From Limnochordales bacterium (GTDB lineage: Bacteria; Bacillota; Limnochordia; Limnochordales; ZCTH02-B6): a stretch of DNA of 64,000 nucleotides. The translations under genes were made by a program, and so were the position numbers. Below, one piece after another: positions 19,885-30,355 of the stretch. Location of the stretch: contig DATGPV010000050.1 of the NCBI GenBank assembly GCA_035304545.1, positions 6,773 to 70,772 on the forward strand, in the 5' to 3' direction. The notes beneath the pieces were generated by a model, which made no database searches, had not been told where the DNA came from, and saw only the letters and a program-made list of their open reading frames with translations. Numbering within the stretch: position 1 is the first letter of the stretch; each line of letters begins with the position of its first letter.

Positions 19885-20941
19885 ACTGGAGCGGCGCTAT
19901 GAGGAACTGGGCCAGCGCATGACGGATCCTGAGGTGCTGCAGGATCCCGGCCAGCTGCAGAAGGTGGCCAAGGCCCACGCGGAGCTGGAGGAGATCGTGT
20001 CCCGCTGGCGGGCCTACCGGCAGGTGCAGGAGGAACTGGCTGAGACTCGGACCCTTTTGGAAGAAAAGCTGGATCCGGAAATGCGGGAGCTGGCCCGGGA
20101 GGAGCTGGCCCGCCTCAGCCAGCGGGAGGCGGAGCTGGAGAAGGAGCTGCGGGTGCTGCTCTTGCCCAAGGATCCCAATGACGAGAAGAACATTATTGTG
20201 GAGATCCGAGCAGGCGCCGGCGGCGAGGAGGCGGCCCTGTTCGCGGCGGATCTGTTTCGCATGTACTCCCGGTACGCGGAAAACCGCGGCTGGCGGGTGG
20301 AGATGATGAGCGCCAGCCCCACGGAGTTGGGCGGTTTCAAGGAAGTCATCTTTATGGTCCACGGCAAGAACGCCTACAGCCGGCTCAAGTACGAAAGCGG
20401 CGTGCACCGGGTGCAGCGGGTGCCCACCACCGAGGCCAGCGGCCGCATCCATACCTCCACCGCCACCGTGGCGGTGCTGCCCGAGGCTGAAGAGGTGGAC
20501 GTGGAGATCCGGCCCGAGGACTTGCGCATCGACGTGTTTCGCTCCGGCGGCCACGGCGGCCAAAGCGTCAACACCACCGACTCCGCGGTGCGCATTACCC
20601 ACCTGCCCACCGGCATCGTCGTCACCTGCCAGGACGAGCGGTCGCAGCTGCAAAACCGGGAAAAGGCCATGCGGGTGCTGCGGGCGCGGCTGTTGGACAT
20701 GAAGCGGCGGGAACAGGAGGAAGAGCTGGCCGCCGCCCGGCGGTCGCAGGTGGGCACCGGCGAGCGCAGCGAGCGCATCCGCACCTACAACTTCCCCCAG
20801 GGCCGCATGACCGATCACCGCATCGGCTTGACCCTGTACAAGCTGGATGCGGTGCTGCAAGGGGAATTGGACGAGGTCATCGACGCGCTTGTCATGGCCG
20901 ACCAAGCCGAGCAGCTGGAGCGCCAGGAGGCCGGCCTGTGA
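19865..20941 (+). CDS. prfA: Peptide chain release factor 1
   Basis: [22 protein letters not shown]..., PTT tripeptide region ([14 protein letters not shown]), GGQ motif ([24 protein letters not shown]). Confidence 0.97.
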   Translation: MFDRLAELERRYEELGQRMTDPEVLQDPGQLQKVAKAHAELEEIVSRWRAYRQVQEELAETRTLLEEKLDPEMRELAREELARLSQREAELEKELRVLLLPKDPNDEKNIIVEIRAGAGGEEAALFAADLFRMYSRYAENRGWRVEMMSASPTELGGFKEVIFMVHGKNAYSRLKYESGVHRVQRVPTTEASGRIHTSTATVAVLPEAEEVDVEIRPEDLRIDVFRSGGHGGQSVNTTDSAVRITHLPTGIVVTCQDERSQLQNREKAMRVLRARLLDMKRREQEEELAAARRSQVGTGERSERIRTYNFPQGRMTDHRIGLTLYKLDAVLQGELDEVIDALVMADQAEQLERQEAGL

Positions 20942-21897
20942 GTGCGCAGCAGGCAACGCCCCGGGCCCTCATGGACTACTTGCGCCTGGCCGCCGATTAC
21001 CTCGGCCGGTGCGGCAGCCCCTCGGCGCGGCTGGACGCGGAGGTGCTCTTGGGGCACGTCCTGGGCATGGACCGCGTGGCCCTGTACGTGAACCACGACC
21101 AGCCCCTGGAGCCCGCGGAGGTGGACGCGTATCGCGCCGCGCTGCGGGCCCGCTGCCAGGGCACCCCGGTGGCCTACATCACCGGCAAGAAGGAATTCTT
21201 GGGCATGACGCTGGCGGTGAACCGCCACGTGCTCATTCCTCGCCCGGAGACGGAGCTCTTGGTGGAGGCGGTGGTCCGCCGCCTCGCGGATGCCGCGGGC
21301 AAGGCAGGGCCCGGTGCCCCCCTCCTCATCGCGGACGTGGGCACCGGTTCGGGCGCCATTGCCCTAGGGATCGCCCGGGCGCTGCCTCATGCCCGGCTCC
21401 TGGCGGTGGACGTCTCGCCCGGTGCCCTGGCGGTGGCCCGGGAAAACGCGGCCGCCCACGGGCTGCAGGATCGCGTTGTGCTCCTGGAGGGCGATTTGCT
21501 GGCGCCTGTGGCTCAGGAGTTGACGCAGGGGGCGCCGGCCGCGGGCGGCCGCGGGCTGGACGCGGCCGCCCGCAAGCTGGACGCGGTGGTGTCCAACCCG
21601 CCTTACATCGCCGCCCGGAACTGGGACCAGTTGCCCCGGGAGGTCCGGGAGTTTGAACCGCGCCTGGCGCTGGACGGCGGCCCCGACGGCCTGGCGTTCT
21701 ACCGGCGCCTCATTCCCCAGGCCGCCGCCCTGCTCAAGGCGGGGGGGCTCTTGGCCGTGGAGATCGGCCACGACCAGGCCGCCCCCGTGCAGGCGCTGTT
21801 GGCGGCCGCCGGCGGGTGGGACGGCGTGCAGGTGCTCCGGGACTACGCGGGCCATCCCCGGGTGGTGCTGGCTACCCGGCAGGGCGAGGAGGGCTAG
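20938..21897 (+). CDS. prmC: Release-factor glutamine N5-methyltransferase PrmC
   Basis: [15 protein letters not shown] and NPPY motifs. GTG overlaps the prfA stop. Confidence 0.9.
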   Translation: MSAQQATPRALMDYLRLAADYLGRCGSPSARLDAEVLLGHVLGMDRVALYVNHDQPLEPAEVDAYRAALRARCQGTPVAYITGKKEFLGMTLAVNRHVLIPRPETELLVEAVVRRLADAAGKAGPGAPLLIADVGTGSGAIALGIARALPHARLLAVDVSPGALAVARENAAAHGLQDRVVLLEGDLLAPVAQELTQGAPAAGGRGLDAAARKLDAVVSNPPYIAARNWDQLPREVREFEPRLALDGGPDGLAFYRRLIPQAAALLKAGGLLAVEIGHDQAAPVQALLAAAGGWDGVQVLRDYAGHPRVVLATRQGEEG

Positions 21898-21903
21898 GCC
21901 GCC

Positions 21904-23064
21904 ATGGAGACCCGCCTGGTGGTGGTCGATCCGCTCGCGCCCGATCCCGAGGTCATCGCAGCCGCTGCCCAGATTATCCGCCGCGGCGGGCTGGTGGCCT
22001 TCCCGACAGAGACCGTGTACGGCCTGGGGGCCAACGCTCTGGACCCGGCGGCGGTGAGAAGGATCTTCGAAGCCAAGGGCCGGCCCAGCGACAACCCCCT
22101 CATCGTCCACGTGGCCGAGGCTGCCCAGCTCGCGGTGGTCGCGGAGCCCATCTCCCAGGTGGAAGTCCTGGCCCGCCGCTTTTGGCCGGGGCCGCTGACG
22201 GTGGTGGTGCCCCGGCGGCCGGCGGTGCCCGACGAAACCACCGCGGGCCTGGACACCGTGGCGGTGCGGGTCCCCGACCATCCGGTGGCTTTGGCCCTCA
22301 TCCGGGCCAGCGGCTGTCCCATCGCTGCGCCCAGCGCCAACCGCTCCGGCCGGCCCAGCCCCACCCGGGCCGCCCACGTGTGGGCCGACCTGCGGGGGAG
22401 CATCGAGATGATTTTGGACGGGGGCGAGGCGGGCATCGGCCTCGAGTCCACGGTGGTGGACCTGACGCTGGATCCGCCGGTGCTTTTGCGGCCTGGGGGC
22501 GTGACCTTGGCCGAGCTGGAGGAAGTCTTGGGACGGGTGCGGGTGGACCCGGCGGTGATGGGCGCCGCCGCGGGCCCCGTCCGGTCGCCGGGAATGAAGT
22601 ACCGCCATTACGCGCCCGCCACCCGCTGCGTGCTGGTGGAAGGGCCGCCCGGAGCGGTGGCGGCCCACATTGCCGCCCGGATCCGGGCCGAACGGGCCGC
22701 CGGCCGCCGGGTCGGCGTGCTGGCCAGCCGGGAGCACGCGCCGTCCTACGAGGCCGACCGGGTGTGCGTCGCCGGCAGCCGCCGCGATCCGGCTGAGCTG
22801 GCCCGCAATTTGTTCCACTGCCTGCGGGAACTGGATGCCGCGGGGCTGGATCTGCTGTTCCTGGAAGGGGTGGAGGACACCGGTCTCGGGATGGCTGTGA
22901 TGAACCGCTTGCGCCGGGCCGCCGGATACCGCATCGAGCGGGCCGGCGCGGATTCCGGCGGCTGGCGGCACGGCCGCGGCCCGGCGGAGCGGCCGGCAGG
23001 GGGCACGGGGACCGGGCCGGTGGGGACCGACGGGAACGAGGCCGAAGGGAGCCGGTCGCCATGA
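21904..23064 (+). CDS. tsaC: L-threonylcarbamoyladenylate synthase (Sua5/YwlC long form)
   Basis: GGLVAFPTETVYGLGANA, KGRPSDNPLIVH, SANRSGRPSPT, plus a Sua5 C-terminal domain (KYRHYAP). Confidence 0.92.
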   Translation: METRLVVVDPLAPDPEVIAAAAQIIRRGGLVAFPTETVYGLGANALDPAAVRRIFEAKGRPSDNPLIVHVAEAAQLAVVAEPISQVEVLARRFWPGPLTVVVPRRPAVPDETTAGLDTVAVRVPDHPVALALIRASGCPIAAPSANRSGRPSPTRAAHVWADLRGSIEMILDGGEAGIGLESTVVDLTLDPPVLLRPGGVTLAELEEVLGRVRVDPAVMGAAAGPVRSPGMKYRHYAPATRCVLVEGPPGAVAAHIAARIRAERAAGRRVGVLASREHAPSYEADRVCVAGSRRDPAELARNLFHCLRELDAAGLDLLFLEGVEDTGLGMAVMNRLRRAAGYRIERAGADSGGWRHGRGPAERPAGGTGTGPVGTDGNEAEGSRSP

Positions 23065-24494
23065 AGCTGCTGCCCTGGCGGTGGGCGGCGCCGCGCGCGG
23101 CGCCGCCGGCGGCGGACAGCGTCACCATGCGCCTGCACCAGCTGGACGTCCAAACGGGTTCCCGGTGGCTGGTGGTGGCCCCCCATTGCGACGACGAGAT
23201 CTTGGGCGCCGGGGGGCTCCTGCACACCGCGATCCAGGCGGGCGGCGCGGCGCGGGTGGTGCTGCTCACCAACGGCGACGGCTACAACCGGGCGGCCTTG
23301 CGGGGCCAGTCCCGGCGCCTGCGCCTTACCCCCCAGCAGTACATCGAGTTTGCCTACCTGCGGCAGCGGGAGACCCTCGCGGCCTTGGCGGTGTTGGGCC
23401 TCTCCCCGGCCGACGTCGTCTTTTGCGGCTATCCGGATCGCGGGCTCGCGGCCATGTGGGAGGACCACTGGGACTTCAGCCGGCCCTACCGGTCCCGTTT
23501 TACCCGGGTGACCCGCTCGCCTTACGAGAACAGCCGCACCCGGGGGGCGGTGTTCTGCGGGGAAAGCGTGGTGCGGGATCTCGAGGAGATCGTGCGGGAG
23601 TTCCGGCCGACCCACGTCATCGTGCCCCACCCCCACGACACCCACGGCGACCACTGGGCCGGCTGCTGCTTTACCCTCTATGCCCTGGAGCGCCTGCGGC
23701 TGCGGGGCCGCCTGCCGGTGGGCGGCCCGGTGGTGCTCCAGTATCTTGTCCACCAGGGGACGTGGCCCCAGCCCCGGGGCTATCGGCCCCGGGCCATGCT
23801 GGTCCCGCCCAAACCTTATGCGCGCCTGCCCCTAGAGTGGCTGTCGCTGGAGCTGCCGGAGGAAGCCGTGGAACGGAAACTCCAGGCCCTTTTGTGCTAT
23901 CGCAGCCAGATGGTGTTCATGCGGCGGTACCTGCTGAGCTTTGTGCGCCGCAATGAGCTCTTTGGCCTCTTCCAGCCGCTGCCTTTGCCCTGGGTGGAGG
24001 ACGGCGGCATTTTGGTGGACGGCGAATCCTACGATTGGGACGGCGTCGGCGGGGCAGTGGTGGACCCGCGGCGGCAATCCATCACCCGCCGGGTGGGGCG
24101 CAGCGCCGACATCCGGGCTGTGGCCGCGTGCCGGGACCGGCACAACCTCTACCTGCGCATGGAGCTGCGCCACCGGGCGGTGAACGACTACTTGTACGGC
24201 ATCAGCCTGTACGGCGTGGGCCGGCAGGTTCGCGGCGAGGAGGTCCGCCAGCGGCTGCGCATCGGCCTCCAGGTGCCGGACCGGGTCCGGGTCAAGGGCG
24301 ACGGGGGCTGGGAGCCCACCGGGGACATCGTCGTGCGGGCCCGGCGCCACCAGCTGGAAGTGGGCATCCCCCTGGCGCTCCTGGGCTGGCCCGAGCGGGT
24401 GTTTTTGGGCGTGGAAACCCGTTTCCGGGGCCTGGTCATGGACCGGGTGGCGTGGCAAGTGCTGGACTTCGTCGGGGAGGGCCAGACGGCATGA
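23061..24494 (+). CDS. PIG-L/LmbE family deacetylase with about 200-aa C-terminal carbohydrate-binding-like domain
   Basis: VVAPHCDDEILGAGG, LLTNGDG and HPHDTHGDH are the PIG-L zinc-site motifs. The C-terminal half (ILVDGESYDWDGVGG...) resembles CBM9/DOMON-like modules; that part is inference. ATGA overlap with tsaC. Confidence 0.8.
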   Translation: MKLLPWRWAAPRAAPPAADSVTMRLHQLDVQTGSRWLVVAPHCDDEILGAGGLLHTAIQAGGAARVVLLTNGDGYNRAALRGQSRRLRLTPQQYIEFAYLRQRETLAALAVLGLSPADVVFCGYPDRGLAAMWEDHWDFSRPYRSRFTRVTRSPYENSRTRGAVFCGESVVRDLEEIVREFRPTHVIVPHPHDTHGDHWAGCCFTLYALERLRLRGRLPVGGPVVLQYLVHQGTWPQPRGYRPRAMLVPPKPYARLPLEWLSLELPEEAVERKLQALLCYRSQMVFMRRYLLSFVRRNELFGLFQPLPLPWVEDGGILVDGESYDWDGVGGAVVDPRRQSITRRVGRSADIRAVAACRDRHNLYLRMELRHRAVNDYLYGISLYGVGRQVRGEEVRQRLRIGLQVPDRVRVKGDGGWEPTGDIVVRARRHQLEVGIPLALLGWPERVFLGVETRFRGLVMDRVAWQVLDFVGEGQTA

Positions 24495-25111
24495 TTTACG
24501 CGGTGGCCAACCGGCGGGATTTGGGCGCCGTCGCCCGGCTGGCCGCAGAAGCCCTGGCGGAGCGGCTGGGCCGGGCGGTGCCGGGCCTGGCGCCCGTCAT
24601 GATGGAGCACTCGCTGCGGCTGCTGTACGATGCGGATCCCCGCTCCTTTCTGGTAGCTCAGCAAGGAGCGGACATCGTCGGCTACGCCTTCGCGCCCCAC
24701 CCCAAGTCGGCCTTATGGCGGGCGGCGGTGGTGCGGGGCCACGCCTTGCGGTTCTTGTGGCACTGGCCCACCGCCTGGCGCAGGAGCGGCCTGTCGCCCC
24801 TCGGCGTGATGCCCCTCATCCAAGGCTTCGGCCGGCCCTTGCCGGCCCTGGGGCGCCCCAGCCGGCACGAGGCCCGCATGCTGGTGGTGGTGGTGCGTCC
24901 CGACGCACGGGGGCGGGGTGTGGGGACCACCCTGGTTCGGCACGCGCTGCGGGCCTGGCGCCACCGGGGCGTGGCGCAGGTGCGCCTGCCCGTGCCCAGC
25001 GAGGACGCCGCGGGCCGCCAGCTGTTGGCCCGGGCCGGTTTCCATGTCGCGGGACCGCTGCGGGGCCACCGCGGCTGGATCGTTATGCTCTGCGACCTCC
25101 AGGCAGTCTGA
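24491..25111 (+). CDS. GNAT family N-acetyltransferase
   Basis: VVVRPDARGRGVGTTLVRHAL acetyl-CoA-binding motif. ATG 24491 overlaps the stop of the PIG-L gene. Confidence 0.75.
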   Translation: MIYAVANRRDLGAVARLAAEALAERLGRAVPGLAPVMMEHSLRLLYDADPRSFLVAQQGADIVGYAFAPHPKSALWRAAVVRGHALRFLWHWPTAWRRSGLSPLGVMPLIQGFGRPLPALGRPSRHEARMLVVVVRPDARGRGVGTTLVRHALRAWRHRGVAQVRLPVPSEDAAGRQLLARAGFHVAGPLRGHRGWIVMLCDLQAV

Positions 25112-25352
25112 TCCGGGCTTGGTCCCGCCGGGCGGCCCGCACGAAGTCGATCTCGGGGGCGCTGTGCTGGCACAGCTGACAGCGGATCTCCAGGTCCAGG
25201 CGCCCGTCTCGGGTCAGCGTCTCCCACTCGTCGGCCGCGTACCGCAGCGCGCCGGTTTCGGGGTCTTTACGGATCTCCCGGGCCAGTTTGTACACTTGCA
25301 GGAACTCTTCCCGGTTGTCCCGGCATACAGGGCACAAGTAAGGCGCTTCCAT
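25083..25352 (-). CDS. Hypothetical small zinc-ribbon protein (CPVC...CQLC)
   Basis: ORF 25083..25352 has two CxxC pairs and coding-like G/C third positions. No clear RBS. Its 3' end overlaps the GNAT gene by 29 nt. Confidence 0.45.
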   Translation of the reverse strand: MEAPYLCPVCRDNREEFLQVYKLAREIRKDPETGALRYAADEWETLTRDGRLDLEIRCQLCQHSAPEIDFVRAARRDQARIRLPGGRRA

Positions 25353-25542
25353 GGGCAGTAGGATGGGCCAAGGGCCGGCGGCTTATGCCGGCGGGGCATA
25401 CTAGCCCGCGCCGGCGCGAGAACAGGGCCGGGCCGGGGCCTGGGCAGCTCGGACGCGGGGTTGGGCGGCCAAAGGGCGTTCGATGGCCAAAGGCCTTGAT
25501 CGGCCGGGGCGGGGCCGGCATGATGGAGATGGGTGATTCGTC

Positions 25543-26025
25543 TTGGCTTACCGGATTTTGCTGGTTTGTACGGGCAATACGTGCCGCAGCCCCATGGCGG
25601 GCGCCATCCTGCGGGATTTGCTCGCGGAGCGGGCCCGGGACGGTTCCAGCCGCTTCGTGGTGGACACCGCGGGCACCCGGGCTGAGCCGGACCAGCCGGC
25701 CCACGAGGACGCAGTGGCCGTCATGCAGGAGCAGGGGCTGGATCTGAGCGGCCACCGGACGCAGCCGCTGACCCAAGACATGGTGGCGCAGGCGGACCTC
25801 ATCCTCACCATGACCAAAGCCCACAAGGAGCAGGTGCTGCGCATGCACCCCCGCGCGGCGGAGAAAACCTTTACGCTGAAGGAGTTCGCCCACGATGATC
25901 GCGAGGGCGACATCGAGGACCCGGTGGGCCGGGGCCGGGACGTCTACCGGCGCACAGCGCAGGAACTGCGCCGGGCGCTGGCGGCGGTGGTGGACAAGCT
26001 GCACTCGGACCCCTTCCCGGGTTGA
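25543..26025 (+). CDS. ywlE: Low-molecular-weight protein arginine/tyrosine phosphatase (YwlE-like)
   Basis: ILLVCTGNTCRSPMA P-loop (CX5R), later DPVG. Position is syntenic with B. subtilis ywlE-ywlF. Confidence 0.88.
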   Translation: MAYRILLVCTGNTCRSPMAGAILRDLLAERARDGSSRFVVDTAGTRAEPDQPAHEDAVAVMQEQGLDLSGHRTQPLTQDMVAQADLILTMTKAHKEQVLRMHPRAAEKTFTLKEFAHDDREGDIEDPVGRGRDVYRRTAQELRRALAAVVDKLHSDPFPG

Positions 26026-26082
26026 GGCGCAGGGAGATGGCCGCGCTTTGTCGAAGTCCCGGGGAGGAGGAGGCACAAGCGC

Positions 26083-26520
26083 ATGCGGATCGCCATCGGC
26101 AGTGACCACGCGGGCTTTGATCTAAAGAGCGAACTCATCGCGTACTTGGAGGGCGCGGGTCACACGGTGGAGGACATGGGCACCTCTGGGCGGGCGTCGT
26201 GCGACTACCCGGATTTTGCCCGGGCGGTGGCCGAAGCGGTGGCCGCGGGGCGCCATGATCGGGGCATTTTGATCTGCGGGACCGGCATCGGCATGTCCAT
26301 TGCCGCCAACAAGGTGGCCGGCGTGCGGGCGGCCTTGTGCGGCGAGCCGTATTCGGCCCGGCTGGCCCGGGAGCACAACGACGCGAACGTGCTCTGTCTC
26401 GGGGCGCGGGTCACCGGCCCCGGCCTGGCCCAGGCCATCGTGGCCGCCTTCTTGAGCGGCGAGTTTGAAGGTGGCCGCCATGCGCGGCGGGTGGACAAGA
26501 TCCGCAGCCTGGAACAGTAG
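26083..26520 (+). CDS. rpiB: Ribose-5-phosphate isomerase B
   Basis: MRIAIGSDHAGFDLK, GILICGTGIGMSIAANK, ARLAREHNDANVLCLGARV, typical RpiB/LacAB. Confidence 0.93.
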   Translation: MRIAIGSDHAGFDLKSELIAYLEGAGHTVEDMGTSGRASCDYPDFARAVAEAVAAGRHDRGILICGTGIGMSIAANKVAGVRAALCGEPYSARLAREHNDANVLCLGARVTGPGLAQAIVAAFLSGEFEGGRHARRVDKIRSLEQ

Positions 26521-26598
26521 GCCTCAAGCGGTGCCGTCCGGATGGAGGGGCGGCACCCCTTTTGTGGGAGGCGAAGGCCGTTGTCGCAAGGAGGCGGC

Positions 26599-27219
26599 GT
26601 GCACGTCATCGATCATCCCCTGGTCCAGCACAAGCTGACTATGCTGCGGGATGAGCGCACCGGTCCCAAGGACTTTCGCGAGCTGATGGAAGAGATCGCC
26701 ATGCTGATGGCCTACGAGGTCACCCGGGACATTGCGACCGAGCCGGTGGAGGTGCAAACCCCCGTCGCGCGGGCCCAAGGCCGGGTCGTATCGGGCAAGA
26801 AGCTGGCGGTAGTGGCTATCCTGCGGGCGGGCCTGGGGATGGTGGGCGGGGTGTTGCGGCTCATCCCCGCCGCGAAGGTGGGCCACATCGGCGTGTACCG
26901 GGACCCGGAAACGCTGCAGCCGGTGGAGTACTACCAGAAGCTGCCACAAGACATCGGCGAGCGGGATGTCATCGTCATCGACCCCATGCTGGCCACGGGC
27001 GGATCCGCCGCGGCGGCCATCGACCTGATCAAGCGGCGGGGCGGGACCAGCATCAAGCTGCTGTCGCTGGTGGCTGCCCCCGAGGGGATTGCCCGGGTGC
27101 ACCGGGACCATGCGGAAGTGCCCATCTTCGTCGCCGCCGTGGACGAGCGGCTGAACGAAAAGGCTTACATCGTGCCGGGCTTGGGCGACGCCGGTGATCG
27201 CCTGTTTGGCACCCGCTAG
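26599..27219 (+). CDS. upp: Uracil phosphoribosyltransferase
   Basis: [52 protein letters not shown]. Start at GTG 26599 after AAGGAGG. Confidence 0.95.
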   Translation: MHVIDHPLVQHKLTMLRDERTGPKDFRELMEEIAMLMAYEVTRDIATEPVEVQTPVARAQGRVVSGKKLAVVAILRAGLGMVGGVLRLIPAAKVGHIGVYRDPETLQPVEYYQKLPQDIGERDVIVIDPMLATGGSAAAAIDLIKRRGGTSIKLLSLVAAPEGIARVHRDHAEVPIFVAAVDERLNEKAYIVPGLGDAGDRLFGTR

Positions 27220-27238
27220 GGTGGGATCGCCGCTGTCA

Positions 27239-28297
27239 ATGTGGGAACTGCTATGCATCGGTTTCATCTCCGCGGCCCTGAGCTTGGCCTTGACGCCCCT
27301 TTTGAGGGCCCTCGCGCAGCGGACGGGGCTTATGGACAAGCCGGGCCCGCGCCGGCTGCACCGCCGGCCGGTGCCCACGGGCGGCGGGCTCGCGATTTAC
27401 CTGGGGTTTTGGATCCCCGTCCTGATCACCCAAGGGTGGAACGAGACCTTGGTGGGCCTGTGGGCCGGCTCCACCCTCATCACGGTGGTGGGCCTCATCG
27501 ACGACTACGTGGAGCTGCGGCCCGGGGCCAAGCTGGTGGGGCAGCTGGCGGCCGCGGGGGTCCTGGTCTATTTCGGCACCCGCATCCAGTTTGTCACCAA
27601 CCCCTTGGGCGGCATGCTCTACCTGGGCGCGTGGGGCGTGCCCCTCACCCTGTTGTGGATCGTGGCCATCACCAACATGCTCAACCTCATCGACGGCCTG
27701 GACGGGCTGGCCGCCGGCATCGCGTCCATCGCCGGGCTGCCCCTGTTGGTCATCGCCTGGCAGCGGGAGCAGTTCTTTGTCGCCTTTCTGACCGCGGCCC
27801 TCATCGGCAGCACCATCGGTTTTTTGCGCTATAACTTCAATCCGGCCCGGGTGTTCATGGGCGATACCGGCGGCATGCTGCTGGGCTTCATGCTGGGTGC
27901 CATCAGTGTGGAAGGGGCGCTCAAAGGCGCGACCAGCATTGCCCTGAGCATCCCCATCCTCACCCTGGGCGTGCCCTTCCTTGACACCGCCTGCGCGGTG
28001 CTGCGCCGCTTCCGCCACGGCCGGCCTATTTCCCAGCGGGATGACCAGCACCTGCACCACCAGCTCTTGCGGGCAGGCCTCACCCAGCGGCAGGCCGTGC
28101 TCCTTTTGTACTCCATCAGCGCGGCGCTGGCCGTGGTCGCGGTGGTGTTGGTGCGGGCCAGCACGGCCCAGGCTTCCGCGGTGCTGGTCCTATTGGGCGC
28201 GCTGTCTTTGGGCTGGGCCCGCCGCTTGGGGGTGTTGGGCGATTGGCCGCCGTCGGCCCGGCTGCCCCGGAGCTCCCGGCCGCCCGTGGGCGGATGA
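27239..28297 (+). CDS. Glycosyltransferase family 4, undecaprenyl-phosphate GlcNAc-1-phosphate transferase (WecA/TagO-like)
   Basis: [21 protein letters not shown] and [10 protein letters not shown] motifs of the MraY/WecA family. About 10 TM helices. Confidence 0.88.
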   Translation: MWELLCIGFISAALSLALTPLLRALAQRTGLMDKPGPRRLHRRPVPTGGGLAIYLGFWIPVLITQGWNETLVGLWAGSTLITVVGLIDDYVELRPGAKLVGQLAAAGVLVYFGTRIQFVTNPLGGMLYLGAWGVPLTLLWIVAITNMLNLIDGLDGLAAGIASIAGLPLLVIAWQREQFFVAFLTAALIGSTIGFLRYNFNPARVFMGDTGGMLLGFMLGAISVEGALKGATSIALSIPILTLGVPFLDTACAVLRRFRHGRPISQRDDQHLHHQLLRAGLTQRQAVLLLYSISAALAVVAVVLVRASTAQASAVLVLLGALSLGWARRLGVLGDWPPSARLPRSSRPPVGG

Positions 28298-29526
28298 CGT
28301 CCCGCGCAGCCCCTAAGCGGGCCCGGATCATGATCGTGTTCGGCACCCGGCCCGAGGCCATCAAGCTGGCGCCCGTGGTCCACACCTTGCGGTCGCGGGG
28401 CCGCCTGGAGGTCGCGGTGGTGGTGACGGCCCAGCACCGGGAAATGCTGGACCAGGTGCTGCGGGTCTTTGACCTGGTGCCCGACGCGGACTTGGACCTG
28501 ATGACCGCGGACCAGACCCTCAACGGCCTCGCGGGCCGGGTCCTGCAGCGGCTGGACGGCTTGCTGGTGGACATGCAGCCGGACATGGTGATGGTGCAGG
28601 GGGACACCACCACGGTCATGGCGGCGGCGCTGGCCGCCTTTCATCGACGGATCCCCGTGGCCCATGTGGAGGCGGGGCTCCGCACCGAGGATCCCCAGAA
28701 TCCCTTTCCCGAAGAAATGAACCGGCGGCTGGTGGGGCGCCTGGCGGCGTGGCATTTCGCGCCCACCGCCGGGGCCCGGGATCACCTGCTGCGGGAGCAG
28801 GTTTCCCCCGAGCGGGTGCTGGTCACGGGCAACACCGTCATCGACGCTCTGTACATGGCTCGCCGGCCCGGGTACCAATTTGAAGACGCGCAGTTGGCCC
28901 GGGCCGCCGCCTGGCCGGGCCGGCTGCTGTTGTTGACCACCCACCGGAGGGAAAACCTGGGCCAGCCCCTGCGGCGGGTGTACGGGGCCGTGCGGCGGCT
29001 GCTCTCCCGGTTTCCCGACGTCGCGGTGGTGTTCCCCATCCACCGCAATCCCCACGTGCGAGCCGCCGCCCAGGACCTGGCAGGCCAGGAGCGGGTGTTT
29101 CTGATGGAGCCCCCCCATTACCTGGACTTCGTCCACTTGCTGGAGCGGAGCCATCTGGTGCTGACCGACTCGGGGGGCATCCAGGAGGAGGCGCTGGCTT
29201 TGGGGAAACCGGTGTTGGTGTTGCGCAGCACCACGGAGCGGCCCGAGGGCATCGCCGCGGGTGGGGCCCGGCTGGCCGGCACCGACCCGGAGGTCATTGA
29301 GGCCGAGGCGGCGCGGCTGTTGACCGATGAAGGGGCGTACCGGGCCATGGCCACAGCCCCCAACCCTTACGGCGACGGGCGGGCAGCCCAGCGCATCGCC
29401 CACGCGCTGGAGCATCTGTATGGCTGGGAACCGGCCTGGCCCCAGGAGTTTCGATGGTCAGGCCCGTCTGCCGCTCGCCATGAAAGTTTCGGCAGTGGGG
29501 CCAGAGCCCGTGGCGGCGGGTGTTGA
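28294..29526 (+). CDS. wecB: UDP-N-acetylglucosamine 2-epimerase (non-hydrolysing; WecB/MnaA)
   Basis: [43 protein letters not shown] overlap with the upstream gene. Confidence 0.93.
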   Translation: MTSRAAPKRARIMIVFGTRPEAIKLAPVVHTLRSRGRLEVAVVVTAQHREMLDQVLRVFDLVPDADLDLMTADQTLNGLAGRVLQRLDGLLVDMQPDMVMVQGDTTTVMAAALAAFHRRIPVAHVEAGLRTEDPQNPFPEEMNRRLVGRLAAWHFAPTAGARDHLLREQVSPERVLVTGNTVIDALYMARRPGYQFEDAQLARAAAWPGRLLLLTTHRRENLGQPLRRVYGAVRRLLSRFPDVAVVFPIHRNPHVRAAAQDLAGQERVFLMEPPHYLDFVHLLERSHLVLTDSGGIQEEALALGKPVLVLRSTTERPEGIAAGGARLAGTDPEVIEAEAARLLTDEGAYRAMATAPNPYGDGRAAQRIAHALEHLYGWEPAWPQEFRWSGPSAARHESFGSGARARGGGC

Positions 29527-29553
29527 CCGTATTGCCGCGCGGGGCGCGAAGCA

Positions 29554-29582
29554 TTGCAAAGTGCAGGGGGCTGTACTATAAT
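29554..29582 (+). promoter_or_regulatory. Sigma-A-type promoter of the atp operon (TTGCAA-17 nt-TATAAT)
   Basis: TTGCAA 29554-29559 and TATAAT 29577-29582 with a 17-nt spacer, just upstream of atpZ. Confidence 0.6.
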
Positions 29583-29641
29583 AGGACCCGTTGGTTCCGG
29601 GAACAGAAAGGGCCCCTGCGCCCCCCGACCAGGGGGGGTTG

Positions 29642-29983
29642 GTGTTGCGTTTCCCGGCGGACTACGGCCGGTACGGGACCATCGGCATTTCCCTGGTCCT
29701 GACCACCGGCGTCTACATCTACCTGGGCTACCGGGTAGGCACGTGGCTCGACGAACGATGGCAGACCGCGCCGGTCTGCATGGTTCTCGGGATCGTGCTG
29801 GGCATGGTGTTGAGCATGCTCTCGCTGGTCAAAGAAGTGATGGCCCTGCAGCGTACCGGGCCCTCTTCGACGCGTTCCGGCGAGGAGCGTGCGCGTGTCC
29901 GGGATAGTGAAAATGAGAACTTTCCCGAAGGCGACGATCCTCGGGATCGGAACGGTTCGCCTGCGGGAAAGGACGGACGGTGA
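29642..29983 (+). CDS. atpZ: AtpZ/ATPase_gene1 family small membrane protein
   Basis: YGTIGISLVLTTGVYIYLGYRVGTWLDERWQTAPVCMVLGIVLGMVLSM matches the AtpZ two-helix pattern. Start ambiguous (TTG/GTG/TTG at 29639-29647); the ORF-track start 29591 lies at the predicted transcription start. Confidence 0.6.
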   Translation: MLRFPADYGRYGTIGISLVLTTGVYIYLGYRVGTWLDERWQTAPVCMVLGIVLGMVLSMLSLVKEVMALQRTGPSSTRSGEERARVRDSENENFPEGDDPRDRNGSPAGKDGR

Positions 29984-30348
29984 GGGTGGAACACCGGTGG
30001 GGCCGGCTGCGTGTCATCTTGTTCATCGGCATCGGGTGCGCAGCGCTGGCGTTTGTGGTGGGGCTGCGGGGCGCGGCCGCAGGGATCCTGGCGGGCCTGC
30101 CCGTTAGCCTGGTGAACCACTTCCTGGTGTTCACCGCCATGCGGGGATTGGGGGATCCTCAGGACCCCCGTGCGGGCTACCGGCTCATGCAGCGCATGCT
30201 CTTGCGCCTGGTGCTGGCGGTCGTCATGCTTTTGGCCGCCGCGCCGTTGGGGCTGGAAGTATTGCTGGGCGTGCTGACTGGACTGTTGGCGGAAGTGCTG
30301 GTTTACTTCGGGGACGCGTTTCGCGCAGCCCTCGGGCACAAGGGGTGA
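29980..30348 (+). CDS. atpI: ATP synthase protein I
   Basis: About 120-aa 4-helix hydrophobic protein immediately before atpB. GTGA overlap with atpZ. Confidence 0.65.
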   Translation: MRVEHRWGRLRVILFIGIGCAALAFVVGLRGAAAGILAGLPVSLVNHFLVFTAMRGLGDPQDPRAGYRLMQRMLLRLVLAVVMLLAAAPLGLEVLLGVLTGLLAEVLVYFGDAFRAALGHKG

Positions 30349-30355
30349 ACCGGTT

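Noticed and set aside
19661-22971. Long minus-strand ORFs 19661..20956 and 21364..22971 (likewise 34008..35621, 60871..62520, 1332..2666 +, 5297..6133 -)
   Set aside because: They are antisense to, or out of frame with, well-supported genes (prfA, prmC, tsaC, atpG/atpD, the 724-aa gene, ackA, CPBP). Their translations are His/Arg/Pro/Gly-rich with no motifs.
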